From: Phoronis australis
Lineage: Eukaryota; Animalia; Phoronida
Assembly (NCBI GenBank): GCA_002633005.1
Contig: NMRA01000399.1
Location: forward strand, 26,481-90,480
Length of the DNA stretch: 64,000 nt
Direction: 5' to 3'
Under the pieces are notes generated by a model. That model was not told where the DNA came from. It searched no databases and saw only the letters and a program-made list of their open reading frames with translations. Below, in pieces: positions 25,298 to 38,447 of the stretch. A program made the translations under genes and the position numbers. How positions within the stretch are numbered: position 1 is the stretch's first letter; each line of letters begins with the position of its first letter.

Positions 25298-26058
25298 TGT
25301 GTAATTTCGTGGGAATTTGGTTTTGTAAGTCAAGGCTGATGCAAATGTACATGTTTGTTAAAGGGACATTGTTGGGTTTATGGCCGGAAAAGGTGTTTTC
25401 GAGTATATTGTTATCGTAATATGGTATCGACTTCTTCAAGTCATTGACTTTGACCAAAGATGTAAAACAGAGTATGGGTGTTTGTCATTTTATTACAACT
25501 GTTCAATTCTAGGCGTTGCTTGCCAGTTGTTCACTAATTGGAAGCTAATGACTGCATCAGTTAAATACTGTTAAAATAATCATGGCTGATTTGCCTTTAA
25601 AAGTGGGATTTAGTTCTGTTGACAAAGGGTCAGTCAACAAGTGGTGAGGTCTTGTGTGTGATTTTTGGGGCTCACCTTGAAAAAAGTAATTGTAGAATAG
25701 CGCTGCAAAACTAGTGAGATATATTTTATATTTTGTTAGTATTTGCCACTGTTATTGTCATTGAGACAACAATACTGCAACAGTATAGAAAGTTCTTTAA
25801 AAAATCTTGGCCATAATAAGCATCTGAACATTCTAGTTATCAGAATCCCTCCACCCTCACCAAACTAGGTGTGCTCTTTCAGTTTTTTTTGAATCACTTT
25901 GGTAGATGTGTGTAAGTCAACGATGTGCACATTGATGTAACGAGATTTAGTTCAGTATGTAAAAATTGCTTCTATTACTGTGATGTACTATTACTGTGAT
26001 GGGGGTTTTCATATCTATCTGATGATAAGCAAGTGCATTTACTAATGAGAACACATGT

Positions 26059-26166
26059 TTAGATGCCGAGGCCGATCTTGAAAAATAAAACTTTTCTCTT
26101 TCAGATTATGTTCCTTTAAAGTGAACGCAGAAATGTTCATGTTTCAAGATCGGCCTCGGTATCTAA
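26059..26166. mobile_element. Miniature inverted-repeat element / hairpin
   Basis: 25-bp arms TTAGATGCCGAGGCCGATCTTGAAA / TTTCAAGATCGGCCTCGGTATCTAA with one mismatch, and a possible TA TSD. Confidence 0.65.
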
Positions 26167-26634
26167 TGGAACCTGGAACCCCCGTAACCACAGCCAAACT
26201 GTGTGCTGGCAGACCTGAATCCTTTTCGATGAATTGCAGAGTTTTTAAGCGTATTTAAATGGCAAGGTCACAAATCATGATTTTATTGATTGTCTAATGG
26301 ACAAGGTTGAGAATTGAGTATTTGTAATCAAGTCACAAAATACTAAGTTACTTTTGGTCTTTTATAGCTTTGGTTAAAGTTATCTCCAGCCATCTTATCC
26401 TGTGCAACAGTAATCCTAGAATTTATATTTTGGACATAAAACCAATAATGTTCACTAATTGTATTTCCTCCTTTCGTTGACCCAGATGTCAATTGGACAC
26501 GAGATATCCAGTTGGTGATGCCTTTACAAACTGGCTAAAGTGCTAGCAGGTCAAAGGTCATATGAAGGTTGTAAAGGTCACTTGTACTGGCTCTTGGCTG
26601 TGTCTCGAGTTCCTCCATAAATACTGACATTCTT

Positions 26635-26866
26635 CATGCGCGCGCACAGTCTAAAGTATAGGGGGGTACTTGAATTTTTGAGAATATGGACCTTTTACTA
26701 AAAAAGAACCAAGTCCATTCAGAGCTATGAATTCATGTCAGTCTTTTTGGTGGACCTTTTAGTGTACTTTTGTCTCATTTTCTCGTACTTTTTGTTTCTT
26801 TGAGGCAGACTTTTTTGCCCATTTTGCCAAATGGGGGGCTCATTTGAGCCCCCCTGGGTGTGCAAA
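26635..26866. mobile_element. Older copy of the same MITE family, in opposite orientation
   Basis: Its reverse complement matches 26908-27168 (CCCAGGGGGGCTCAAATGAGCCCCCC..GGGCAAAAA..AAATGAGA.AAAAGT). Confidence 0.65.
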
Positions 26867-26907
26867 TATTTTTACTAGTATTTCCATATCGAGCTTTCAG
26901 TCAATAT

Positions 26908-27168
26908 CATGCGCGCACCCAGGGGGGCTCAAATGAGCCCCCCCTCCCAATTTGGCGAAGTGGGCAAAAAGGTCCACCTGCGAGAAACAAAAGTCCAAAA
27001 AAAATGAGATAAAAGTCTACTAAACAAGCACACACGTGCAATTCATAGTGTTGCGCCCGTTTTTTTTGTTTTTCTTCTTTTTTTAATCTGCCAGTTATTT
27101 TGTTACCAAAAGGTCCACAACGTTAGGAATTTGAGCCCCCCCCATATTGAAGGCTGGGTGCGCGCATG
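26908..27168. mobile_element. MITE with 15-bp TIRs
   Basis: CATGCGCGCACCCAG / CTGGGTGCGCGCATG, flanked on both sides by AATAT. Confidence 0.75.
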
Positions 27169-28581
27169 AATATTCTCCGGTTTGTGACTGGAAAGTGATT
27201 TTGCTCAAAGTCAGAAGTTGCACCAAATTTTATAAGTAATGTTGGCCGTACAAATTCAAGAATTACTCTCATTCTCCTTAATGTGACACACTATAAGGTC
27301 ACTTGAGAACATTGGATTTACAGGATTTTTGAAAATTTTATCAGCTGTCAGACTCTCTTGTTGCAAAAATGCAGGTTGAGAAGTTTGATGAATGTCCATA
27401 TCAACCATGTACTAATCTATCAACCATGCACCAATCTTCAGAATCAACAAAAATCAGTCTCTGCTTAAATTTCTGTGCCACAAATTTTAGACTTTTTCAA
27501 ACTGGATTTTTGCCATATTTCATAAGAAACGCATATGCAACGAAACACCACTTTTGTATATTGTTGAATTTGTTTATGGCAGAAAATGAATGTTCTTAAA
27601 ATGCTGTGTAGGTAGTGAGCAAATTAATGAATTACTGGCAAAAATTACCCGTTTGCAAGCAATAACTGTCTCGCTAAAACGTTAAACAGTGTCTACCACT
27701 GAAAGTTGTTAGCATTTGTCATTGGTGTGAACCAGGCATTAGAGTAAGATTGGAATGTCGGGGTTCTGAAAAGCATGCTTTCTTGAAGGTTAACTTGGCT
27801 TGCTTTCTTGGATCGGTACTGGTCAACTCTTTTACGTTTGAATCTTTACAATTATTATGTAGGGCGTTTTAATTACCTACAATTAAAATGGAATAAATTA
27901 TCTGTAAATTGTTACTTGGCTTAATGTACCCTTTCATGCACGTTGACTGAGTGTATTTTGTAATTAAAGAGGATATAATGAGAAGCTTGCAACATGGTGA
28001 CCAGTCACGCGAGACGTGATTCTACTGGCCTCTGGAGAATGGGGTGATTTCAATTTTGTTTAAAATGTCTCTTGTCCAATCATGCGCGTTTCAAGAGATA
28101 TTTAACAAAGTCAAACACATTTCCTTATGCCATCCTATGCGAAGAGGAAGTACCTCCTAATGTAGCTAGGTTGCAATAGGTGTCACCGATTCCATGACCT
28201 GTGGAAATTTGAGAGATATTGTAGGGTTGCTTCAGTTCTCTTTATTATTCACTCAGCTTGCAGAAGTTCCGAGATCCAAGAGGTTTAGGAATTACCCTCT
28301 TGTACGAAAAGTGCGAGTACTGACAAAAGCTTGATAATTGTGATTTAAATCACTTCATATAAGATTATGATGAGTTTGTCGAAAGATCTTGATGTTCTCG
28401 TAAGCATCCAGTTCTTCCCAGAGTCTCCAGTTTGAGCTTTTTATATTCTTTTCTCACTTTGCAAATGACGGAAATTTGGTGTTGAGCTCCCACTTGAATA
28501 AAAAGGCAAGAAATAACGAGTGCATCACAGTCTTGAAATTATGAAATTATCTCAATAACAAGCAGTTAAGTACTATATTTT

Positions 28582-28736
28582 CAGAGACTGCACCATTGAG
28601 TGAGCACTAAATTCGGTATCGGATGACATGAGAGTGATCTCTGGAGACTGCACCATTGAGTGAGCACTAAATTGGGTATCAAATGACATGAGAATGATCT
28701 CTGGAGACTGCACCATTGAATGATCTCTGGAGACTC
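28582..28736. repeat. Tandem repeat, about 60-bp unit x2.5
   Basis: Unit GAGACTGCACCATTGAGTGAGCACTAAATT..GTATC..ATGACATGAGA.TGATCTCTG. Confidence 0.8.
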
Positions 28737-29875
28737 GTAATAACTATTGTTGTGGCAAAAACCTTTTTCTGCACAATTTTTTCATCCATCTTTAATACTA
28801 ACTTTCCTGGAAATTCCCTTTCATTCTGGGTCACTAGGGGAAGTAATTCTAAAAGATGAATTTGGCTTCTGCCCAACCGTCAACAGGTCTGAGTTAAGTT
28901 GTCTGAATATTTTTTCATGTACTGTAGTTAGTAGGAAAAAGGATTGGCTGAAGTCCGGCAAGTACCAGGATGTTGCTGATATAGGACCAATAAAAGTCGA
29001 GGTGTGGAAATAGTTCCAAGAATCAACCCGTAAGTGCAATAATTGGACCACTAAATCTGAACAGAATACTTTTGTGGCCTATTCAACAAACATGATGGTT
29101 GGACCATATCGGGGATATGTTGCATACTCTGCATTCATAAGATATCGGGAACCTACATGCATAATTAAAAAATTGCCCAACCACCAACACCGACCTTGGC
29201 CTTAATGCACAGCTGGTGATACGACCCAATTTGATGAGGTGGGGCACAGAATCCTTTCGTCCAGCCACTACATTTAGCTGTGCGGTACTAGAGCCTCTAG
29301 ATCGTGTCCTTTTTCATCATACAAGCCACTGTATTGTTTCCAGTCCTCTGTATTTGTAATCCAGAATACAGCTTGACAGATTTCCTGATGACATTTTCAT
29401 GTTGTGTCATCTGATGACACCGTTAACAGGAAGTGGCGACTGCTCCAATTTTAAGAGTAGAATCACTCGCCAGAAATACCAGCAATCTCTGAATATACCG
29501 TAGTAGTTTTCAAAATAGACTGGCGAATGTGGAAATTTTACAAAAGTTTCCATGCAATCTGCTATACGGCCATTTCTATTCAACTGGAGTTCTCTTCAGT
29601 TCCAGCTAAATCTCCCCAAAAGTTCAACAGATGTCACTCCACACTGTCAGAACACTAACAACTTACACCATTAATTTGAAAACTACTCTGCAAGTGGTGT
29701 ATACTGTATTGGTCTGTAGATCATCTGATCAATAAAAGAAACCAGTGGGAAATTTGGTGTAGAAAACAACACAGTTCTAAAACAACAATCCACTACACAG
29801 TCGAGTTTTCTCATTTTGAATCGAAGTATATACACATCAGTCCAATATATGTTTTATACATATATGGAGGTGTTG

Positions 29876-32800
29876 CTATGACGATGACCTGAGCTTGTCC
29901 TTTGGATAATATTTGGTATAGTCGTACTCTCTGAAGGGCACTTCCTCTTCTATGAATCCTGGATAAACAAAACAAAAAACATTAAGAGCAAAATAAAAAA
30001 TTGGCACTTAAATAAACCTTCCATTTTCATCTGATCTTTAATTTACCTCCTGAGGAAATTTTGAGGCCAATTTTATAAATGTAGAATATCTAACAGGCAA
30101 ATTGCTACAGAATCAATCGATGTACAGTATTCAATTCATGGTTCAATCATGCATGATAAGAGACATGAAGCCTGTATATAAAAAACAAATAAACAAATGA
30201 TTTCTGTCCAAAACAATAGCTGTAGAAGCCGAGGACACAGACTAAAACTTCTTTCGTCCTAACGACCACTTTTTCTTCATCTAAACAAGATCTCAAGACC
30301 ATCATTGGTCTCCCACAATGCAACAGTTTATTAAAAGTTTCACGTACCATAGTCCTTTGCCCGTTCTATGGCGACCAGTAGATTCTTGTGTTGTTTTTGA
30401 CAGACACCTGTAAGAACCCAACAAACCAATGTTATAAGCCTAAGCATTCAGAGGTTAGGGAACAGGAAACGGAAACCAAATCTTCCCTGACTGACTCAAA
30501 GTCGTTTTTTTATTTTCTTAGAAATGCTTTTTGTAGACACAAGTTTCATCTGAAAAAAGAACTTGAGATACAATATGAAAAACTTGTAAATCGAGTTGCC
30601 TTGGAAATGCTGAAACACTAAACTGCTGGAGTTTTCTGCAAGAAACTCAGTTGAGTAAACAAATACCAAATGCTAACATACATGTATAACCAGGTGAAAT
30701 TGGAAGTGACAAATACACGCGCTCGTGCATCAATATTGTACCCTACTGAGAATGAAACGGGAAGTCAATGAGCAGCATTGTTGGTATATCTTGGCAATGT
30801 TGCCTCTCTGCAGCAGAATTTGTTAAAAATGATGCGACATCTGTTGTTTAGATGAGAAGTTATCCAAGAACGAATGGTGCATCATTTTTAATGAACATTG
30901 AAACTGGGGAAGTTTTAGGATTCGATCTTGCATATTGTATTCCCCAATCTACATGTATGTCATTGGGCATGTATAAATAGGGCCCCGTCTGCAGGCAAGT
31001 CAAGTACCACTTCCATGACTAGTTATTCCAGACTACATTATAGTCACTAATTAACTGGAATTAGAAAATAATCATGAAATTTTAAACTGCATGAGACACT
31101 TGTGATCGACTGCTTCTAAGAATACAGTAACAAGGTCAACCAGTAGAATCTGAATGTAGAATTGCAGAGTACGGGTGAAATTGCACTTGTCTAAACACTG
31201 TCGGCATTGTCCGAGTTTGTCATCTTAAAACTGGTCAGAATCTTCCACTGATGGAGTTGTTTCATCAATGCACCGTGAATTCTGACCAAAAAGGTCGTCT
31301 CACACACAGCCACATTTGTGTGCCTTACTCAGCCATGTACAATAAAACAGCAGTTCAAGCCAGATAGTGTTGGAAACCAGGATCAACAAAACTTAAACAA
31401 AACCAAACCATTAAAGCTGCACTATGCCATTTATCACATAAGACCTTTTACTCAGTATGATAAAATCGGTGATGTATTATTCCTTACCATGACAGGATTA
31501 TGTTTTTGTAACCAACAGGAATATAGAAGCCATCAGTAACTGAAGAAATCACTTCAGAGTTGGTAGAGTTTGTCTAACACTTAAATTGCCAATTGGAAAA
31601 TGGTGCATTTACACATTATGTATGCATTATGTGCGCATTGCCTCTGACTTGAGTTGGCAATAGAAACAATTCTATCACAGTAAGGAATACTGCGAGATTG
31701 ATTTGATAACAAAATGCTCAATTTTATTTTCATTTTTGCAAGGTAAACAAGGTGAAATGCACCTTTGAAGTCAACATTGACAACTAAATACTGGAAAGAG
31801 CACCTGTAATGATTGAATATGTACTATATAGCGGCACTTTAATAACAACAACACCAATAATAATAATAATAATAACAGTATCGACTAGACACACAAATAA
31901 TGAGTAGTATGTAAGATGAGTAAAAGCATAATAAGTACTTACAAGTTTTTTGATATGAAAGGACTTCCCCAGTGTAAGGAGAAATAAACTGGTTCAGCAA
32001 TTTGACGTTCTGCAAAAACAAAATCAAATACAAAGTCGTAAGATGCCACTAGAGCAACCCAACAAAATGACGACCATTCAAATAATTGTTTGTTGAACCG
32101 TTGGGCAGAATTCAACATTACCATGTCATTTGAACTGTAACTTTAACCTTATGTCTCGGAGTTCATGGGTCACAGCCCAGGTCATCACCATGACAACATG
32201 CAAGATGATCCGATTCAAAGACTACTTCTCCGAACTTTGAAAGGTCAGTGTCAAAATGATCTTTTATCAAATCAGCAGTACTATCCATCAAACTGGTTCT
32301 CAACACCCATCTTCACTGAATAACAGGCATCAAACTGGTTCTCAACACCCATCTCCACTGAATAACAGGCATCAAACTGGCTCTCAACACCCACAAGAAG
32401 CCCTGTAAGTGGCTATGGCCCACATTGACACTTACTCTATGATCCACTACCAAGTAGTCATCTCTACAAACAGGACAAGGATTTCCAGTGGATAAGGCAC
32501 CTGATCTCTGTAACAAACATTGGATAGTATGAGATGTGTATTCTCAGAAAAGATAACCATGTGTGTCAAATCTCCTTTTTACAATATCCAGGGCACGATT
32601 TGGTGACCTGCATCTCGCCTGTGCGACCTCAGACTTTGTTAGGCGATCTGGTAAAAATCTTAAGTCGCCACACATACATCTAGGAGTCTGAAATGTTCGG
32701 CAACAAGCAGGGCCTATTCATGAGCCACGCACAGACAACGTGTCCTGATTGTCTGCTTCACCCCTAGGTAGGAACCAAACATATGCGCGAATATCATGCC

Positions 32801-35114
32801 AGGGGATAAATTGGTCAAATAGAGTTACTGATAATTGTTATCTCAACTAAAAGGCAAAAACGTCACCAGTTATGTTTGGCTCTTCCAGATGTCCAATGGT
32901 TCTTCAATTCAGATGTCTATCGCCAATCATATGTCATTTCTTTCATCTTTCTCACTGCCATATATGGAGTTTTCTTTGTTGCTCATTTCCCACTTGGCAA
33001 CCGCACAATTTCAACTGGTTGCAAAAATTGTACATTATTAAGCTAAAGGCCACTAAACACGAAACTAAGAATTAAAAAATAGTGCTTCATAATTAAAAAC
33101 CCATAAGCCAGTAAAAAATGGTAACATGTAATTGCCTTTGCAATGTCACCACCTCAATTATTTCAAAAAATCTAATCTGAACTAAACAGACACTATATTT
33201 GGTGCTTGACTGGCCGGAACGCAAAGAAAACTGTAATAATGAAGTGCTACTACTACGACTGTTATGCCAAGCACAAGATGCTTACGATACATGTCTTTCG
33301 AGTCTTAGCTGGTGCCCATTGTCCTTTGAAATTACGTCTGTATTTTGTCCATACTGGGTCACTGCCGTAGGTCGTGTAATAAGCTGCAGAGATAAAGATC
33401 AACGGTCAATTTCAAAACAAAGAGAAATGAGAATATACACTTCATTACTTTAGCACACAATATGATGGACACAGGGAATTTAGTTTGTGAAAAAAAATCT
33501 CTACAGCATACCATGAAATTTAAGAAAGTGTCACTTTGCTCTGAGCAAAGCTGGCATGGTGCGACTGTCCCAAGACAGTGCACACCTGGTGTGACTGTCC
33601 CAAGACAGTGTACACATGGTGCGACTGTCCCAAGACAGTGCACACCTGGTGTGACTGTCCCAAGACAGTGTACACATGGTGTGACTGTCCCAAGACAGTG
33701 TACACATGGTGTGACTGTCCCAAGACAGTGCACACGTGGTAAAACTTTATTATTAGCCACATGGTGGTCAGCCTAAGTAGAAAATGGGAATTTCATCAAA
33801 TTTATTTTTTGAAACATTTGTCCCAATCAAATGTCATCTTTGTCAAACTTCAGTCAGAGTTCAATGTCAAGTTATAGTGGCGAGTCGCTAATTGTTTATG
33901 TGTATGACAAGTTGTCTCCACCTATCAAGATTTTGTCAAGTTTTTGTAGAGATTTGTCAGAACCAAAAAATGAAATAAATGGAAACAAATGGATGTTTAA
34001 CTGTGTTTTTGTGCATTGATACTTTGTCGAATTTTGGTGCTGTGCAGGTTATTTTGTAGATCAGATATAAGTTCTAACAATAAACATTTGATGTACGGCT
34101 CTGTAGTGTTGTGGAAAGCATGAATGTCATAGAAAATGGGCCGAGTTGACAGAGACAAGTAGCAATTTGTCATTCATGAACATTCGTGAACATTTTGAAA
34201 CATTCGACAGTTTTGTAGAAATCATTTGACTATTCCACCTCACTACAGTGGTGTCAAGCAATTCATAACTTTTTTTTGAAAATCGGTCAGTGTTGTGGTA
34301 TTTTTTAGTTCCTTACTTTTTCAAAAATAAAAATCTGAGATGAGTATAGATGGTGCTAGTTACGTTTTTTAATTTTTTTCCCTTCACTTGACAAATCACG
34401 ACGTTTCAAATCTTACAAACCCATACTTACACGCCTTTGTACAGCTTTTCAGAAAAAAAACAAGACCCAGTTTGAAATTGATGCAGATGGAAGTTTTGTT
34501 TTTTAGCCCCAAAATGAGAGAGCAGAACCAGTAATGTCTTTAGTCTCATCCCACTGCATCAAATTGCTATACACGAATACAAAATGATATCCATCAATTA
34601 CTTTACCATCACCTAGAGACGTCATGTTACCACTATGTTGCAAAAAGGCTTATTGGATTAAACACTAATTTTTCACTTATTTCACAAAAAATTAATTTTC
34701 CGTTTTTCAAAGGCTGCCAATAAAGGAAAGAGTCGTTACCTTCTTATTTTATAAGTGATTTAATTTTAATTTTAATTTTAATGCAACAGGGAAACAAATT
34801 TATAAAAACAATTCTACAACACCAAAATAATTTTGACATGTTATTCTATCATTTCTTTCATCAAAATTACTCCAGAGTCACGTGTACCTTTACTCTCCAT
34901 GTATCTGATGCTTGTCTCCACATCCACGTCCAGCACTGGCCGACCTTTGACCTGTAACACCCCTGCCTCTTCATCATTTTCCTTGTCTGAGGATTTCCCT
35001 GTACTTTCTTGTTCCTCATACAAAGGTGAACTTAGAGTCAAAGTACGAGAACACAGAATGCGAGGAACAACAACCTGGATTCAAACAAAAGTAAAAATAC
35101 TTTAATAATAAATC

Positions 35115-35158
<44 letters not shown>

Positions 35159-37676
35159 TAATAATGGCAATAATATCTAGCAGTAGTAAGTTTTATATCA
35201 ACATTATACTATTATAACAAATTTTCCCATATTTTTTGGAAATAAGTCTGAGCTGAATTGTCACAAGGCCACCCACATGGTGAAATTGGTGGGGACAGGG
35301 GGAGGGAATTATCTCTCACCCAAAAAACCACTCTCAGCAGCGGCCACAAGCACCATCTGGTGAGCATCATGTGACTTAGCCTTGGTGCAAAGCTGTATAA
35401 GCATAGCTTTGAAACTATTGGGGTAAGAAATGAATAAAACAAAAGTCCGTCATTAAAACTACATACTTCCTTCTGTCAGTAAACGTATTGTAATGCCATT
35501 TGTCCAGTATTGTATTGCCATTTGTCCAGTATTGTAATATCATTTATCCTGCAACCAAATTTGTGGAGGGAACATGTGCATCAACTTTGAGTGTCAGAAA
35601 ATAGTGCCATCTGGGCAATTTCCATTCCACCATTCTTTTTTCACAAGTTTGCACAAAGTTCACAACAAATTGTCAAAAGTGGTTTCACTTCACTAGTTCT
35701 GAGTATTTCATTGCCATGATTAGCAACGGAAGTTCTGAGCAAAGTTATCACCATCTCCCAAAGGATGTCACTTAAACAAACCAAAATCATGAGTGTACTA
35801 CTTCAATATCAGCGTTTGACTTATTATTTCTTACACAAGTGGGCGGCTGTTCATCAGATTGTGTTCCTTTCAATAGTCGCAACAGAGGAGAAGGTGTCAT
35901 TTGAATTTTAGAGTTTCAAAAACTTCATGCACCATTGGATACGCTACATTTTGGGGCAAGTTTCATTGCCAAAGACATGCACATTGACTAGTGGTAAACT
36001 GAGGAAGCGAGCTGCCATTAAAGTTGGAATCAACCTGCATTCCATTCACGAAGCGAACTTTTGATTTGAATTTTAGGCCTTGACTTACTGCTACAAAATA
36101 TTCCTCACTTGGATGACAAGTGAGTTCTAGTTTAATTCACAAGGAACAGATAGTTCATTACAGATAGTTCATTCATAGCTGATGGCTATCTTCAACATAC
36201 ACAAGATAGTTCCTTCATAACTGATGGCTATCGTCAACATACACAAGATAGTTCATTCATAGCTGATGGCTATCATCAACATACACAAGATAGTTCATTC
36301 ATAGCTGATGGCTATCGTCAACATGCACAAGATAGTTCATTCATAGCTGATGGCTATCGTCAACATACACAAGATAGTTCATTACTCCTTGAGAATTAGC
36401 CAGCAGCTAAATGAAGACTATCATCAAAATACACAAGATAGTTCATTACTCCTTGAGAATTAGCCAGCAGCTAAATGAAGACTATCATCAAAATACACAA
36501 AATAGTTCATTACTCCTTGAGAATTAGCCAGCAGCTAAATGAAGACTATCATCAAAATACACAAGATAGTTCATTACTCCTTGAGAACTAGTAAGCAGCT
36601 AGCTGAAGACTATCATCAAAATAGAAAATGCTGTTGTAGATTATATTTTAACTGACCAAAATAATTTAAAGAATTATGTATCCTTTTTAGAGAATTATGA
36701 CATATGCATGGCACTTGCTATTCGCCCTAGCCGCCATGTTCCTTGTGTCTCTAAGTCCATTGTTTAATTAGCGGTAAGATTCCCTCATTTATTGTAGCCT
36801 TAGCACATCTCTGGCATTGTTAACCTATTGTAATCATACATCACTTGTCAGCGACCTAGTATTTACCCCCTGTCTCTGTTCTTTCAGGTTGCGATCATTC
36901 GTAGTTTGCTGTCATCAATAAACATTGACGAAATACTTACGAGTTAAGTTATGATATTGATATGTTAGATATCCAAGCATTAATTGGGCCAAGATGTAAA
37001 GCACCAGATCATTCTATTCTTGTTTTAAGGTTTAAAATTTCCTTGCCTGAGGTATGTTCATCTGGTATTGACAGACCTTCAGATTCAAACACTCTTTCGA
37101 ACGTACACATGACACCTCCACTTAGAATTTAGAACTAACGCGACATGTAAAGAAGAAATTTTATGTTCAAGTCAACTTTTAGAGCTTGGTATCTAGGAAA
37201 AACGAACTGTTAGTAATATCACAGTCTTGAAATCATCTCAAATTTGACAAGGGTGATACTAATTTTACAAAAAATCATGTCCAAAAGTATGTTTTGCCAC
37301 ACTGCCCAGTCATGTAATAACCTGGTCAGCAGGTGTACATAGTGCTTGTGTGCAAGATCAAGAATCGAGTGCAGTGTCCAACTGTCTATCGGCAGAGTTG
37401 CCAGACAGTCAGTGAGGCAGCGCAGACAGTCGGAGTACATGCCGCTGGCGGTGTCCATGATTCATGATTGCACGAATAAATTCAAGCTGATAACTAAGTA
37501 TCGTCTTTGACCTAGTTGACTCTGTCGTTACAACAGAGCCACTCCCTGGCAGCATGTTTAAAACTTACGTCATTCGACACTAGAAGCAAGGCTCTTTTGA
37601 AGTAACTAATACTTTGACATTTTGTGGAAAACCTAGAAAAAACTCTCAGAACACATCGTCCTGTGGAGGCTGACAT
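29876..37676 (-). CDS. MRPS18B: Mitochondrial ribosomal protein S18B (mS40), 7 coding exons, 224 aa
   Basis: Exons (minus strand): 37569-37676 (Arg/Ser-rich presequence [16 protein letters not shown]); 34888-35074 ([10 protein letters not shown]); 33286-33383 ([28 protein letters not shown]); 32436-32507 ([17 protein letters not shown]); 31943-32009 ([14 protein letters not shown]); 30348-30407 ([20 protein letters not shown]); 29876-29958 ([12 protein letters not shown]...*). Phases are consistent, total 675 nt. Confidence 0.94.
32286..32392. repeat. Minisatellite, 42-bp unit x2.5
   Basis: Unit CATCAAACTGGTTCTCAACACCCATCTYCACTGAATAACAGG. Confidence 0.85.
33555..33740. repeat. Minisatellite, 30-bp unit x6
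   Basis: Unit TGGTGYGACTGTCCCAAGACAGTGYACACM. It explains the repetitive ORFs on both strands. Confidence 0.92.
35104..35173. repeat. (AAT)n microsatellite
   Basis: Visible AAT run. Confidence 0.9.
36162..36622. repeat. Composite minisatellite: about 42-bp units x5 then about 64-bp units x4
   Basis: Both units share ATACACAAGATAGTTCATT...CTATCRTCAA. Confidence 0.9.
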
Positions 37677-38000
37677 TTTGAATACGGAAACTTTCGATAA
37701 TTGCCGATCATGTACGTACACACCAAGATTGACTAAAAATCGAAAGGAAATTTGATCTTGAATTAACGAAAGCATAGGGGGTTATGCGCAAAAGTAAAAA
37801 GTAAGAGTCAATCAGTACTTTAGTTTTGGGTAATTTTTGCTTTTCAACATACAATTTATCACTTTCAAAGAAATTCAAAGACTTATTTGTTGTTCGATAA
37901 AATAAGATCAGGCCTCTCACGTGACTTTGACGTCATATTCGCGAGCGGGCAAGGTAGGTGAAGAAGCCATGTTTTGAGGCGCTGATTTCGATATTTTGAA
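37677..38000. promoter_or_regulatory. Putative bidirectional promoter MRPS18B/PPP1R10 (duplicated at about 38448-38770)
   Basis: Clustered motifs TCACGTGAC (E-box, 37917-37925), TGACGTCA (CRE, 37928-37935) and TTCGCGAG (37938-37945), followed by a + strand donor-like AAG|GTAGGT at 37953. Confidence 0.55.
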
Positions 38001-38339
38001 ATTGGTTTGTTGCGTTAAATATTACTATGTTACCTCATTTAAATTGTCTCAGTGTATATGTAATGTACTCAAGACTGTTTTGGTTCTCATTTCAGGTCCC
38101 CTATGAAGAAGACCAGTGCCGAAAAGTGGAAGCAAAGTTGTCCAAATGACCTCGGAAATAGAAAATGGCCACTCCATCTAAGCACGCTTAACCACACATT
38201 GGACTNNNNNNNNNNNNNNNNNNNNNNNNNNNNNNNNNNNNNNNNNNTAAATTCAAGCTGATAACTAAGTATTGTCTTCGACCTAGTTGACTCTGTCGTT
38301 ACAACAGAGCCACTCCCTGGCAGCATGTTTAAAACTTAC

Positions 38340-38447
38340 GTCATTCGACACTAGAAGCAAGGCTCTTTTGAAGTAACTAATACTTTGACATTTTGTGGAA
38401 AACCTAGAAAAAACTCTCAGAACACATCGTCCTGTGGAGGCTGACAT
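38340..38447 (-). CDS. MRPS18B: Duplicate copy of MRPS18B exon 1
   Basis: Identical 36-aa translation at an offset of 771 bp, across the N gap 38206-38247. Likely an assembly or haplotype duplicate. Confidence 0.7.

Noticed and set aside
24688-25333. Hydrophobic minus-strand ORFs
   Set aside because: Antisense shadows of the Lys-rich SURF6 last exon.
28100-29350. Coding-like composition between SURF6 and MRPS18B
   Set aside because: The frames I translated contain multiple stops and no recognisable motif; at most a decayed TE.
33359-33776. Repetitive ORFs ([10 protein letters not shown] / [10 protein letters not shown]) resembling Cys-rich repeat proteins
   Set aside because: They are translations of a 30-bp intronic minisatellite, open in several frames on both strands.
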